NCBI GenBank assembly: GCA_963707645.1
Contig: CAVPQW010000008.1
Coordinates: 3,547-67,546, forward strand
Reading direction: 5' to 3'
DNA length: 64,000 nt
Source of the DNA: an uncultured Actinomycetes bacterium
GTDB lineage: Bacteria; Actinomycetota; UBA4738; JACQTL01
A program made the translations under genes and the position numbers. Below are positions 8,595 through 18,521 of this stretch, piece by piece (position 1 is the stretch's first letter; every line of letters starts with the position of its first letter). The notes under the pieces are model-generated. The model did no database searches. It saw nothing but the letters and a program-made list of their open reading frames with translations, and was not told the DNA's origin.

Positions 8595-11553
8595 CTACGT
8601 CGACTTGGTCCCGTGCACCTCGAGCTCGGTCATGTCCATGAACGACGGGTTCCCGCGGTTCGAGAGCATGGTGAACCGCACGAACAGCACGTCGGCCTTG
8701 CCCTGCGACGGCGTGAGCGTCGTGAACTGGTGCAGCGGCAGCGGCTGCTGGCGGTTGATCGCCCTCACGAACGGTCCGGAGGCCTTCTTCGTCTCGATCC
8801 TGAAGGCCTTCACCGCCGCGGTCGAGTCGTCGCCGCAGATCTCCGACGGGTCCACCGCGAAGTTCGTGATGTCGACGGCGTGCGGCAGCCGGATCGTGAT
8901 CTGCCGCGACCCGCCGACCCCGCTCGAGTGGTTGTTCGGCGAGTCGCTCCCCCAACCGGTGTCCTGGGACAGGTCGATCGCGCCGCCCGGCCCGCAGTCG
9001 AACGGCGTGTAGTCCGGACGGGTGAACGAGATGACCCTCGCCCCGCCCCCCGCGGAGGCCCAGTCCCGCCGGACGGCCCGGTTCGCCGTCACGGTCGCCG
9101 ACTGGACGTTCAGGGGCGTCGACTTGGGCTCGTAGCCATTGCCCTGCGCGATCAGCAGGTAGCCGCTGTGCCGCGGGACGTCGGGGATGGAATAGGAGCC
9201 GTCGGCGGCCGTGACGTCGAGCAGGTTGTCGGGGGACTGGTCGCTGCCGACGGTCTGGTGGTCGCGGATTCCGACCACGATGCCCCGTACCGGGAGGCCG
9301 GTGTCCTGGTCGGTCACGGTTCCCTCGACGGTCCCGCAGTGCGCCGGGTTGTCGCACGAGGGTGGCACGACGAAGTTCTGCGTGGGCGACACGTCGTCGC
9401 CGCCGTCGGAGTGGGCGTAGAAGCCCATGCCCCGGTGCGGCGAACACGCTCCACAGCAGGTCGTGGTCGTGCCCGCCGGCGACGACCTGGTCCGCCTGCA
9501 GGATCGCGTTCCGCATGTCGAGCATCGACGGGTTCGGCGGGGAGAGCTCCATGCCGCGGGTGACGATGTCCTCGGCCCGGTCGGCTCCGTTCTGGGCTCC
9601 CATCGCGGCGACCAGGCGCTGGCGGATCTGCCACAGGGTCTGGCCCCAGATCTCGCCGTCGGCGTGGACCTCGGGGCCCACGCCGAACGGCCCGCGGGCG
9701 ATCCTGCCCATGTCGCCGTACGTGTAGCCGCCCGGCCCGGCGTTGCCGGCGCCGTGGCACAGCGGCTTCGACTGGCTCGGCGGGCAGTCCAGGCCCTCGG
9801 TCCGGATCGGCTGGGTCCGGCCGCCGCCCGAGTAGAACCCGAGCTGGACGTCACCGGGGATGGACGAGTCGTTCTCGTACCCCTGCCGGACCAGGAAGTC
9901 CATCGCGTAGAAGTCGCTCCACGCCTCGCCCATGGCGCCCGACTGGAACGAGTTGAGCGCCGAGACGCCGTTGGGCGTCGTCACCAGGCGGTGCGACAGG
10001 CCGTGCCCGTACTCGTGGTACACGATGCCCGCATCGTCACCGCCGTTCGAGTCCTGGTTGCGGTTCGACAGTGTGTTGGCTGCGAACAGGTACATCTGCA
10101 TCGTCGGCGAGCGTCCGTCGGGCGGGGTGTCCATGTTCGCGTTGTCGACGTGGTCCCCGTCGGGGAACCCGCCGCCGGTGTTGGCGCCGTCGTCGATGTG
10201 TCCCTGCACCGGGTCGTCGCCCCGGCCGTGGTGGGTCGAGTTGAGCGAGCTCGAAGTTGCCGGCGGCCTCGGTGAATCCGATCGGCGGGGCCAGCAGGTG
10301 ATTGTGGAAGTTGTTGATGTAGTAGTAGACCTGCGTCGCGTTCTGCCGCAGGTTGGGCTTCCACGAGTTGGCCTGAGTGCTGTTCCACGTGCAGACGAAC
10401 TTCGGCGTGCAGTTGCGGCTCGACGACGCGGTGTTGGCCTGGACGTGGTAGGCCCAGGTCCGCGTTCCCGGGTTGCTCGCCGGGATCTCGTCCCCGTTCG
10501 GGTAGGCACCCAGCTTCGCGTGGTTGTCGTCGTTGACGTCGGCGAACACGTGCGCGTTGTTGCCGAACAGCCGCTTGGCGTTCGCCACGGGGAAGGTCCG
10601 CATCTGCTGGCGGAACGTCCCCGGGGGCGGCTGCGAGCTGTCGGCGTACTGCCAGGCCAGGCCGTGGCCGGTCACGTCGGCGAAGCTCACCATGTTGGCG
10701 CGCCACAGGACGTCCCCGGTCGAGGCGTCGACGACCGAGATGTCGTGCTCGGTCGAGGAGGCCCGGGCGTCGACCTTCCAAGCGAGATGGCTGCCGCGGG
10801 CGTCGCCGAACAGCACGAGCGAGGCGCTGTCGCCGTCGGCGAAGACGGCGTGTCTTCGTGGCGCCCTTGCCGATCCCCACGAGCGGGGCCGGGGTGGTGT
10901 CGTCCGCGCCGGAGTTCCCGAGCGCGAGGCTCACTGCGGATCCGGGCGAGACGCCGGGGGTCGTCGTGTTCGGCGATCAGGCCGGGCACCGGCGCGCCGA
11001 GCACGTTGACGAGGCGCCCGTCGCCCGTGACGCTTGCGAGGAGGCCGTGGTCGAACGACGGCAGGCCCTCCGAGGACTGCTCCCAGTACAGGTGGTGGGT
11101 TCCGTGGATGTCGACGTAGTCGCGCACGAGCCGGAGCGTGGCCAGGTCGGCCGCCCCGAGGCCGAAGGCGGCCAGGTGCTCCCGGACGTAGTCGAGCGCG
11201 ACGTTCGCAGCGGGCCTGCCGGAGCGCCCCGTGAGGAACCCGTCCAGCCGGGCGACGACCCGCGGGGTGCCGGTGAGCGGGTCGACGTCGACGACGCCTT
11301 CGGCTCCCAGCGACCGCGCGAGATCGGCTCGGGCGACCGCCTGCTCGCCGGTCGGCGCTGCGACGAAGCCGTCGGCGGTCCGGCTGTCGAACGGCGGGAG
11401 GCCCTTCCACTGGGCCGTGGCCTCGGCGGGAGCCTGCTGCGGCGCGCGGGCGGCGCCGGCGACGCCGGGGACTCCCAGGAGCCCCGCTGCGACGACGGCG
11501 AATCCCACAGCGAGCGAGGCCATGGCCTTCAGGCGACGAGGTACGCGAACCAT
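8595..11553 (-). pseudogene. M36 (fungalysin-type) secreted zinc metalloprotease; reading frame broken at least 4 times as assembled
   Basis: Pieces lie in ORFs 10687..12054, 9981..10934, 10037..10816, 8170..10509 and 8595..9854. Start ATG 11553 with GGGAGGGA RBS. Signal peptide MVRVPRRLKAMASLAVGFAVVAAGLLGVPGVAGA, then an FTP-like propeptide. NATQVYYYINNFHNHLL, HEYGHGLSHRL, GEAWSDFYA. The C-terminus has a carboxypeptidase-regulatory-like domain and a discoidin-like domain. Frame changes near 10965, 10862, 10265 and 9440. Confidence 0.8.
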
Positions 11554-11774
11554 TGCGATTCCCTCCCTAGGCCGGCGGGGGCGCGGACGGCGGCCCGGCG
11601 GCGGTCGAACAAGACGCGTCGGCCGGCCGGGACACCCAGGTTCCCCGCCGACCGCACATGAAGGGAGGTGAACCTCCCGGGCAAAGACGGTAGCACCGTC
11701 AACATCGGCCGTAAAAGCATTTTGACCGATATGACCGAATGTAAGACCGGGCCGACTCCTGATGGACGAACCGG

Positions 11775-12023
11775 CTACTCGCCCTCGCGGATGCGCTCGG
11801 CCCGCTCCTTCAGCGTCCGGAAGTCCCTCCGCGGGCGGTCGCCGGGGAGCAGACGGTCGTTCGAGGAGAACCCCCAGCCCGTGAACACCACCCCGACCCG
11901 GCCGTAGGCCCGCTTGAGCTCGCCGCCGCACTCCGGACAGGGCCCGGGCGGGCCGGCGCCCATGGCCTGGAGCTCCTCCAGGGAATGGCTGCAGGCGGCG
12001 CAGCGGTACTCGTAGATCGGCAC
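11775..12023 (-). CDS. FmdB-family zinc-ribbon putative regulatory protein
   Basis: 82 aa. MPIYEYRCAACSHSLEELQAMGAGPPGPCPECGG is the CxxC...CxxC FmdB signature. Confidence 0.85.
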   Translation of the reverse strand: MPIYEYRCAACSHSLEELQAMGAGPPGPCPECGGELKRAYGRVGVVFTGWGFSSNDRLLPGDRPRRDFRTLKERAERIREGE

Positions 12024-12172
12024 GTTCCACAGGGTATCCCCAGGTCGTCCACATCAGGAGCCGGCAGGATTCCCCAATGGGGAAATCCCATGGGGAGAAT
12101 TACAGCCGTGTCACTCGTTCAGAAGGCCGTGACGGTGGTTTCGGGCTTAGGACCAAGAGCAGGGTCAAGGGG

Positions 12173-12892
12173 ATGCTTCGAGTGCCCGACACCAGGGACA
12201 TGACCCCCCCGATCACCGCTCGCGACACCTCCGACGACGCGGAGCAGGCGTTCCACGGCGTCCGGTTCACGACCATCGCGTGGCAGGTGCTCCCCGGCAT
12301 GGTGCTGCCCGGCCTCATCTACTTCCTGGTCTCCCGCAGCGCCCCTGTGGTGGTCGCGCTGGCCGCGGCGTCGAGCGTTCCGCTGCTGGACGCGCTGGTC
12401 CGCGTGGTGCGGCGCCGTCCGCCGAACGCGGCCACCGCGCTGTTCGTCGTGGGGACCTGCGTCTCCATCGCGCTGGCGTTCCTGTCCGGGTCGGGGATGT
12501 TCATCCTGGCGAAGGGCGCCGTGGTGAGCACGCTGCTCGGCGTGGCGTTCGCGCTGTCGGCCGCGATCCGCCGGCCGCTGACGCGAACGCTGGCGTTGCG
12601 ATTCGGCGCGCCGGACCCGGAGGCCCGTCAGCGGCTGGCCGGCCGGTGGGGCCACCCGAGCATCGCCTCGGTGTTCCGGGTGCTCTCGGTCGGATGGGGC
12701 GTGCTCCTGCTGGTGCAGGCCGCCCAGCAGATCACGCTGGCTCTGACCCTCCCGCCGGGAACGGTCATGGCGCTCGAGGGCCCGGTGCACCTGTTCGTGA
12801 CCGGTCTCGGTATCGCGGCGAGCATCGCGTACGTGCGGCGCCGCCAGCAGGCCGACCCCGCCGTCGTGCTGATCCCGTCCCGCTCCCAGTAG
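12173..12892 (+). CDS. Integral membrane protein, function unknown
   Basis: ORF 12077..12892. The probable start is ATG 12173 (AAGGGG upstream). About 6 hydrophobic segments, no family recognised with confidence. Confidence 0.6.
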   Translation: MLRVPDTRDMTPPITARDTSDDAEQAFHGVRFTTIAWQVLPGMVLPGLIYFLVSRSAPVVVALAAASSVPLLDALVRVVRRRPPNAATALFVVGTCVSIALAFLSGSGMFILAKGAVVSTLLGVAFALSAAIRRPLTRTLALRFGAPDPEARQRLAGRWGHPSIASVFRVLSVGWGVLLLVQAAQQITLALTLPPGTVMALEGPVHLFVTGLGIAASIAYVRRRQQADPAVVLIPSRSQ

Positions 12893-12976
12893 CCCGCTCG
12901 CCGTTACCGCGAACTCCCGCTCCGGCTCGCCCAGGGCGTTCAAGAAATCGAGCCAACATCGCCGATATTCGCATCG

Positions 12977-14548
12977 ATGCCCCCTGACGCCCCGGCACCC
13001 GATGCCGCTCTCGACTCTGAGCTGTCACGACGTGGGTTTCTTCGATCGGCGGGGGGCCGGGTGGCGGCGGTGGCCGCCGCCGGGCTCGCGTCGGGCGTTC
13101 TGCGCACGCCTCGGGCCTCGGCGTCGGCCCGTGTCGCGTCGGCGACCGATCCGGCGATGCACCTCCTGCGACGGGCCACGTTCGGGCCGACTCCCGCCTC
13201 CGTGGCCTCGATCCATTCGCTGGGCGTCGACGCGTGGCTCGAGCGGCAGCTCCGACCGTCGACCATCGACGACTCCGCGTGCGGCGCGCTGATCGCGGGA
13301 CGGTTTCCCCGGCTCGCGTGGTCGATCCGGGACGCCCGCCGGCACGACGACGAGGGCTGGGACCTCATGTTCGACCTCGGCGTCGCGACGCTCGCCCGGG
13401 CCTGCTGGAGCGAGCGGCAGCTGTTCCAGGTCATGGTCGAGTTCTGGTCGAACCACCTCAACGTGACCAACCCGTCGGACGACGTGTGGGATTGCCGGCA
13501 CGACTACGACCGCGCGGTCATCCGGAAGTTCGCCCTCGGCAAGTTCGAGGACATGCTGCTCGCATCCGCGCAGCACCCGGCGATGCTGAAGTTCCTCGAC
13601 AACGCGTACTCGAACAAGGACAACCCCAACGAGAACTACGGGCGCGAGCTGCTCGAGCTCCATTCCGTGAGCGTCGAGGCCGGTTACAGCGAGGAGGACA
13701 TGTGGAACTCCACGCTGCTCATGACCGGGTTCGGCGTCGACTGGGACACCGGCGGGTTCCGGTACCGGAAGGACGACCACCACGTCGGACACGTCCAGGT
13801 CATGGGGTTCTCCGCGAGCAACGGCTCCGCCGCGAACGGCTACGACGTCGGGCTGAACTACCTGCGGTACCTGGCCCGGCATCCGGCGACCGCGACCCAC
13901 ATCGCGCGGAAGCTGTGCATGCGGTTCGTGTCGGACTCACCCGCGCCGTCGCTCGTGTCGGCGCTCGCGCAGACCTACCTGGCCAAGGGGACCGCGATCG
14001 TCCCGGTGCTGCGGCAGCTGTTTCGCTCCCCGGAGTTCGCGGATTCCCTCGGTCGCAAGGTTCGCCGGCCGGCAGAGGACATCGTCGCCACGGTTCGGGT
14101 GCTCGGGATCGGGCCGGACCAGTCCGGCAACGAGGGGATGCAGGGGCTGTACTGGATGGCCGACGGCCTCGGGAACGCGCCGCTGGCGTGGCCGCCGCCC
14201 GACGGCTATCCCGACGAAGCCGTGAAGTGGGCATCGGCGGGCGGGACGCTCGGGCGGTGGAACGTCCACACGTCGCTCGCAGCGCACTGGTGGCCGGACC
14301 AGCTCACGATGCCGCCGTTCAAGTCGTACCTGCCGTCGCCGCTGCCGGCCACCCACGGCGCGCTGGTCCAGGCCCTGGCTCGCAAGCTGCTGTTCCGCTC
14401 GCTGCCGGCCGTGCAGCGCGACGGTGTGCTGGCGCTGGTCGGCAAGTCGGCGACCGCGCCGCTGCACAAGGGGGACGAGGCGGTGACGTGGCGGCTGCCG
14501 TACCTGCTGGCGGCGATCCTCGACTCGCCGTTCCACGCGCTTCGATGA
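12977..14548 (+). CDS. DUF1800 domain protein (Tat signal)
   Basis: 523 aa. SRRGFLRSAGG twin-arginine motif. FWSNHLNV and the overall pattern are typical of DUF1800 proteins, which pair with DUF1501. Confidence 0.8.
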   Translation: MPPDAPAPDAALDSELSRRGFLRSAGGRVAAVAAAGLASGVLRTPRASASARVASATDPAMHLLRRATFGPTPASVASIHSLGVDAWLERQLRPSTIDDSACGALIAGRFPRLAWSIRDARRHDDEGWDLMFDLGVATLARACWSERQLFQVMVEFWSNHLNVTNPSDDVWDCRHDYDRAVIRKFALGKFEDMLLASAQHPAMLKFLDNAYSNKDNPNENYGRELLELHSVSVEAGYSEEDMWNSTLLMTGFGVDWDTGGFRYRKDDHHVGHVQVMGFSASNGSAANGYDVGLNYLRYLARHPATATHIARKLCMRFVSDSPAPSLVSALAQTYLAKGTAIVPVLRQLFRSPEFADSLGRKVRRPAEDIVATVRVLGIGPDQSGNEGMQGLYWMADGLGNAPLAWPPPDGYPDEAVKWASAGGTLGRWNVHTSLAAHWWPDQLTMPPFKSYLPSPLPATHGALVQALARKLLFRSLPAVQRDGVLALVGKSATAPLHKGDEAVTWRLPYLLAAILDSPFHALR

Positions 14549-15897
14549 GGAAGGACGAACGGATGGAACCTCGGGAGGACGAACGGGCCGAGCGTCCGGC
14601 TTCGGGTGTGCCGCTCAAGGCATGCGGGTGCCCAGACTACCGGCGTTCCGCGGCGCGGTTCTCGCGGCGTTCGTTCCTGAAGGGCGCGGCGGCCACCGGG
14701 CTGCTCGCGGGGCTGGCCGGGTCGGAGCTGCTCTCCACGCAGCTGGCGTTCGCCGACGCGTCGTACACCGGCGACGTGCTCGTTCTGCTGTCGCTCCGGG
14801 GCGGGATGGACGGCGTGAACGTCATCGTCCCGACCGGCGACCCCGACTACGAGATGATGCGGCCGAACATCCGCGTCCCGCAGAGCGCGCTGCTGCAGCT
14901 GGACCAGATGTTCGGGCTGCACCCGGCCATGGCGCCCCTCAAGCCGTTCTACGACGCCGGGACGTTCGGCGTGGTGCAGGCCGCCGGACAGCCCCAGCCG
15001 AACCGCTCCCACTTCGAAGCGATGGAGGAGCTCGAGCGTGCCGCGCCCGGCACCTCCATGCGCACCGGCTGGATCGACCGGGTGCTCGGCGGGAGGACGT
15101 CGGGGACGGCGTTCCAGGGGATGCAGATCGGGAGCGGGATGGCGGCGCCGGCGTTCCGGGGGCCGTCGCCGGAGCTCGCGATCTATTCGGTGGACGGGTT
15201 CGGGCTCGACGCCGCGTGGGACGTCGACGAGCTGTCGCGGTGGGACGCGGCGCTACGGGGGCTGTACACGGGCGCGTCGGACCTGCTGCTCCGGCCGGCG
15301 ACCGTGACGCTCGATGCGCTGGCCACGATGCAGACGCTGAAGGACGCGGGCTACACGCCGGCGAACGGCGCCGTGTACCCGGATTCCGACCTCGGGCGCG
15401 CGTTCAGCGACCTGGCGCGGTTGATCAAGGCCGGCGTCGGGCTGCAGGTCGCGGCCATCGACTACGGCGACTGGGACATGCACGAGGGCATGGGCGACGT
15501 GGACTCGGGGTGGCTCCACGACCAGCTCACCGAGCTCTCCGGGACACTCGCCGCGTTCGCGACCGACCTCGGCACGGACGGCATGAACGGCGTGACGCTC
15601 GCGACGCTCACAGAGTTCGGGCGGTGCGTCGGGGAGAACGGCTCCGGCGGGTGCGATCACGGGTTCGGCCAGGCGGTGCTGCTGCTGGGCGGCGGTGTCG
15701 TCGGAGGTCAGGTGCACGGCCAGTGGCCCGGCTGCGCCATGGAGAACCTGGTCGACGAGATGGACCTCGACGTGACGACGGACTACCGCGCGATCCTGGC
15801 AGAGATCCTCGAGAAGCGGTGCGGCGCGAGCGGCGTCTCCGACGTGTTCCCCGGTCTGGGAAGCGACCGGCCGGGCGTAGTCAACCAGAAGGTCTGA
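14545..15897 (+). CDS. DUF1501 domain protein (sulfatase/alkaline-phosphatase-like fold, Tat signal)
   Basis: In-frame ATG 14545 overlaps the upstream TGA (ATGA) inside ORF 13234..15897. SRRSFLKGAAATGLLAG Tat motif. LSLRGGMDGVN...NRSHFEAME...DYGDWDMHEG...GCDHG. Confidence 0.8.
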   Translation: MRKDERMEPREDERAERPASGVPLKACGCPDYRRSAARFSRRSFLKGAAATGLLAGLAGSELLSTQLAFADASYTGDVLVLLSLRGGMDGVNVIVPTGDPDYEMMRPNIRVPQSALLQLDQMFGLHPAMAPLKPFYDAGTFGVVQAAGQPQPNRSHFEAMEELERAAPGTSMRTGWIDRVLGGRTSGTAFQGMQIGSGMAAPAFRGPSPELAIYSVDGFGLDAAWDVDELSRWDAALRGLYTGASDLLLRPATVTLDALATMQTLKDAGYTPANGAVYPDSDLGRAFSDLARLIKAGVGLQVAAIDYGDWDMHEGMGDVDSGWLHDQLTELSGTLAAFATDLGTDGMNGVTLATLTEFGRCVGENGSGGCDHGFGQAVLLLGGGVVGGQVHGQWPGCAMENLVDEMDLDVTTDYRAILAEILEKRCGASGVSDVFPGLGSDRPGVVNQKV

Positions 15898-15930
15898 AGG
15901 TTCGCTGTCAGTTCGTGGCCGGAGGCGCCG

Positions 15931-16161
15931 TCAGCGCCACTGCGTCGCGCCGAGGAACCCCAGCGCGATCATGCCGAGCCCCAGGAACAGGTAGAGGTTC
16001 TCCGCCTGCGGGCCGGGCATGAGGTTCAGGTAGTTCAGGACGATGATCAGCGCCCCGCCGAACAGCAGGACCAGGATGATCGCGCCGTACCAGCGGGGCG
16101 ACGGCTTGGCCTTCTTCTTCGGCGGCGGCTGATACGCCCGCTTCGACTTGGACTTGGGCAT
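15931..16161 (-). CDS. crgA: Cell division/septation protein CrgA
   Basis: 76 aa. MPKSKSKRAYQPPPKKKAKPSPRWYGAIILVLLFGGALIIVLNYLNLMPG...LGLGMIALGFLGATQWR is the typical two-TM actinobacterial CrgA. Confidence 0.85.
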   Translation of the reverse strand: MPKSKSKRAYQPPPKKKAKPSPRWYGAIILVLLFGGALIIVLNYLNLMPGPQAENLYLFLGLGMIALGFLGATQWR

Positions 16162-16303
16162 GGGACCCGAATGATACCGGCCGAGCCGCCCGTCGGTCCG
16201 CGAAGTTCAACCGTCCGGATCGTCTCCTGGCATGAATCACCAGAAATCGCGACGGCGGCGTATCCTGCCCGGGAAGACCGTCTTCGGGGGCAGGAGGGAC
16301 GGA

Positions 16304-18466
16304 ATGGGACGTCGGCCGGGGAGGGGAATCTCGATCGCCGTCGCGCTGGCGGCCCTGGTGGCAACGGCCGTCCTCGCGGAGCCGTCACCGCCCCGGGCCA
16401 GGGCGAACCCGGTGCTCGTGGTGAGATCGACGGCGGACTCGGGACCCCAAACGCTCCGGAGCGCCATCACGACGGCGAACTCGGCCCCCGGTCCGGATCG
16501 CATCGAGTTCGACCTGAACGGCCCCGTGCCGCACGTCATTGCGCCGACGAGCGGGCTCCCGTCCATCGGCGAGACGCTCGTGATCGACGGGACGACGCAG
16601 CCCGGGTTCTCGGCGGCAGCACACGAGCCGGTGATCGTGCTCGACGGCATCAACGCCGGGAACACCGGGGCCTTGAGCATCGGCGGCCCGGAGGCCGGGG
16701 GCAGCCAGATCCGGGGCCTCGAGATCATCCGGTTCCAGTTGCGCGCAATCACCCTGAACACCGTCCCCGACGTGGTGATCGCGGGCAACTACATCGGCAC
16801 GGACGGTGACTCGGATCTCAGCAACGGCACGAACTTCATGACGTTCCTCGGCAACATCGAATCGTTCGGCGAATGCCGGAACCTGCGGATCGGCGGGACG
16901 ACCGCGACCGACCGTAACGTGATCGTGACGACCAACGGCGCAGCGGCCTACCTCTCCAGCACCGGCGGCATACGGTTCCGGGGGAACTACGTCGGGACCA
17001 ACGCGGCGGGAACGGCCGCCATCGCGGGTGGCTCCGGCGTCTACGCGGATCAGGACGACATCGTGATCGGGGGCACGGCCCGGGGCGCCGGGAACGTGCT
17101 CGCGGCAGGCTACCGGGGCGTCTACATCGTCGGGTCGGGTGACGTCAGCGTCCAGGGCAACCGGATCGGCACGAACGCGGCCGGTACCGCGGCCATCCCC
17201 AACATGTTCGGGGTCCAGTTCCAGTCCGCGGCCAACGCGACCGTCGGCGGGACGTCACCGAAGGCCCGCAACCTCATCTCCGGCAACCAAGTCGGGATCA
17301 GCGTCGAGCAGTCCTCCGACATCCTGATCCAGGGCAACTGGATCGGCACGAACGCCGCCGGGACGGGCGCCGTCGCCAACGACGTCGGCGTCTCCGTCTC
17401 GGGGCCGTTCGGCCCGGCCACCCGCAACCGCATCGGCGGGACCGCCGCCGGCGCCGGCAACGTGATCTCGGGCAACGGCGACGGCGGCGGAGTGGTGATC
17501 GCGACGGCGAGCGACAACGTGGTGAAGGGCAATCGGATCGGGACCGGCCCGAACGGGACCTCGCACCTGGGCAACACCGGCGCAGGGGTCACGATCAGGC
17601 CCGGGACCGGGAACGTCGTCGGCGGCATCGCCCCCGGCGCGGGCAACCTCATCGCGTTCAACGGAGGCCCGGGCGTCGCGATCGGCGACGACGGCACGTC
17701 AGAGCACAACGTGATCCGGGGGAACGACATCCACGGCAACGGCGGGCTCGGGATCGACCTCCAGCCGGGCGGCGCCGCGGGGGTCACGCCCAACGACGGC
17801 AACGACTCGGACACCGGTCCGAACGCCTTGCAGAACTTCCCGGTGATCACGGACGCCACGTCCGGCCCCGGCGGGACCACGATCTCGGCCACGCTGCACT
17901 CCAGCGCCTTCGCGCCGTTCATCGTCGACTTCTACGCGGTCGACACGCCGGACGCGGACGGCAACGGCGAGGGCCGGATCTACGTCGGCACCCTCTATCC
18001 CTTCACGGATCCCGGCGGGGAGAGCGTCTTCACCGGCACCCTGCCGCTCGTGGGCGCCGACTACCTGACCGCCACCACGACGAGAGTGGATACCTCCGAG
18101 TTCTCTCCCGCGGTCCTCGTGCACGGCCGCGGCGGGTTCCGGTTCTCCCGGACGACCTTCGCGGTCGGGGAGGGCGCCGGGCATGTCACCGTCACCGTGC
18201 AGCGCGTCGGCGGATCCGACGGTGCCGTGTCGATCGGATACTCGACGTCCAACGGCACCGCCAGGACGCCGGGAGACTACGCGGCCAGGACCGGGCGACT
18301 GCGCTTCGGCGACGGCCAGACCAGCCGGTCGTTCACGGTGCCGATCGTGAACGACACGCGGCACGAGCCCGTCGAGCGCTTCACGGTTCGGCTCACCGAT
18401 CCCCGCGGCGGTGCGGCGTTGTCGACGCCCACCGGCGCAGAAGTCTCGATCGCGGCGAGCGACTGA
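16304..18466 (+). CDS. Secreted parallel beta-helix repeat protein with C-terminal Calx-beta domain
   Basis: ORF 16232..18466. The likely start is ATG 16304 (AGGAGGGA RBS). It has a signal peptide and more than 10 repeats of the GN.IGTNAAGT/GN.I.G type. The C-terminus FAVGEGAGHVTVTVQRVGGSDGAVSIGYSTSNGTARTPGDYAARTGRLRFGDGQTSRSFTVPIVND is Calx-beta-like. Confidence 0.8.
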   Translation: MGRRPGRGISIAVALAALVATAVLAEPSPPRARANPVLVVRSTADSGPQTLRSAITTANSAPGPDRIEFDLNGPVPHVIAPTSGLPSIGETLVIDGTTQPGFSAAAHEPVIVLDGINAGNTGALSIGGPEAGGSQIRGLEIIRFQLRAITLNTVPDVVIAGNYIGTDGDSDLSNGTNFMTFLGNIESFGECRNLRIGGTTATDRNVIVTTNGAAAYLSSTGGIRFRGNYVGTNAAGTAAIAGGSGVYADQDDIVIGGTARGAGNVLAAGYRGVYIVGSGDVSVQGNRIGTNAAGTAAIPNMFGVQFQSAANATVGGTSPKARNLISGNQVGISVEQSSDILIQGNWIGTNAAGTGAVANDVGVSVSGPFGPATRNRIGGTAAGAGNVISGNGDGGGVVIATASDNVVKGNRIGTGPNGTSHLGNTGAGVTIRPGTGNVVGGIAPGAGNLIAFNGGPGVAIGDDGTSEHNVIRGNDIHGNGGLGIDLQPGGAAGVTPNDGNDSDTGPNALQNFPVITDATSGPGGTTISATLHSSAFAPFIVDFYAVDTPDADGNGEGRIYVGTLYPFTDPGGESVFTGTLPLVGADYLTATTTRVDTSEFSPAVLVHGRGGFRFSRTTFAVGEGAGHVTVTVQRVGGSDGAVSIGYSTSNGTARTPGDYAARTGRLRFGDGQTSRSFTVPIVNDTRHEPVERFTVRLTDPRGGAALSTPTGAEVSIAASD

Positions 18467-18521
18467 CGACTGAGGAACATCGCTGAACAGCGAGGTGCCT
18501 TCCGATCAGTCCGCCCATCCT

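Noticed and set aside
13234-14544. N-terminal 437 codons of the 887-aa ORF 13234..15897
   Set aside because: This part is out of frame with, and overlaps, the DUF1800 CDS. Only the part from ATG 14545 (Tat signal, DUF1501 motifs) is protein-like.
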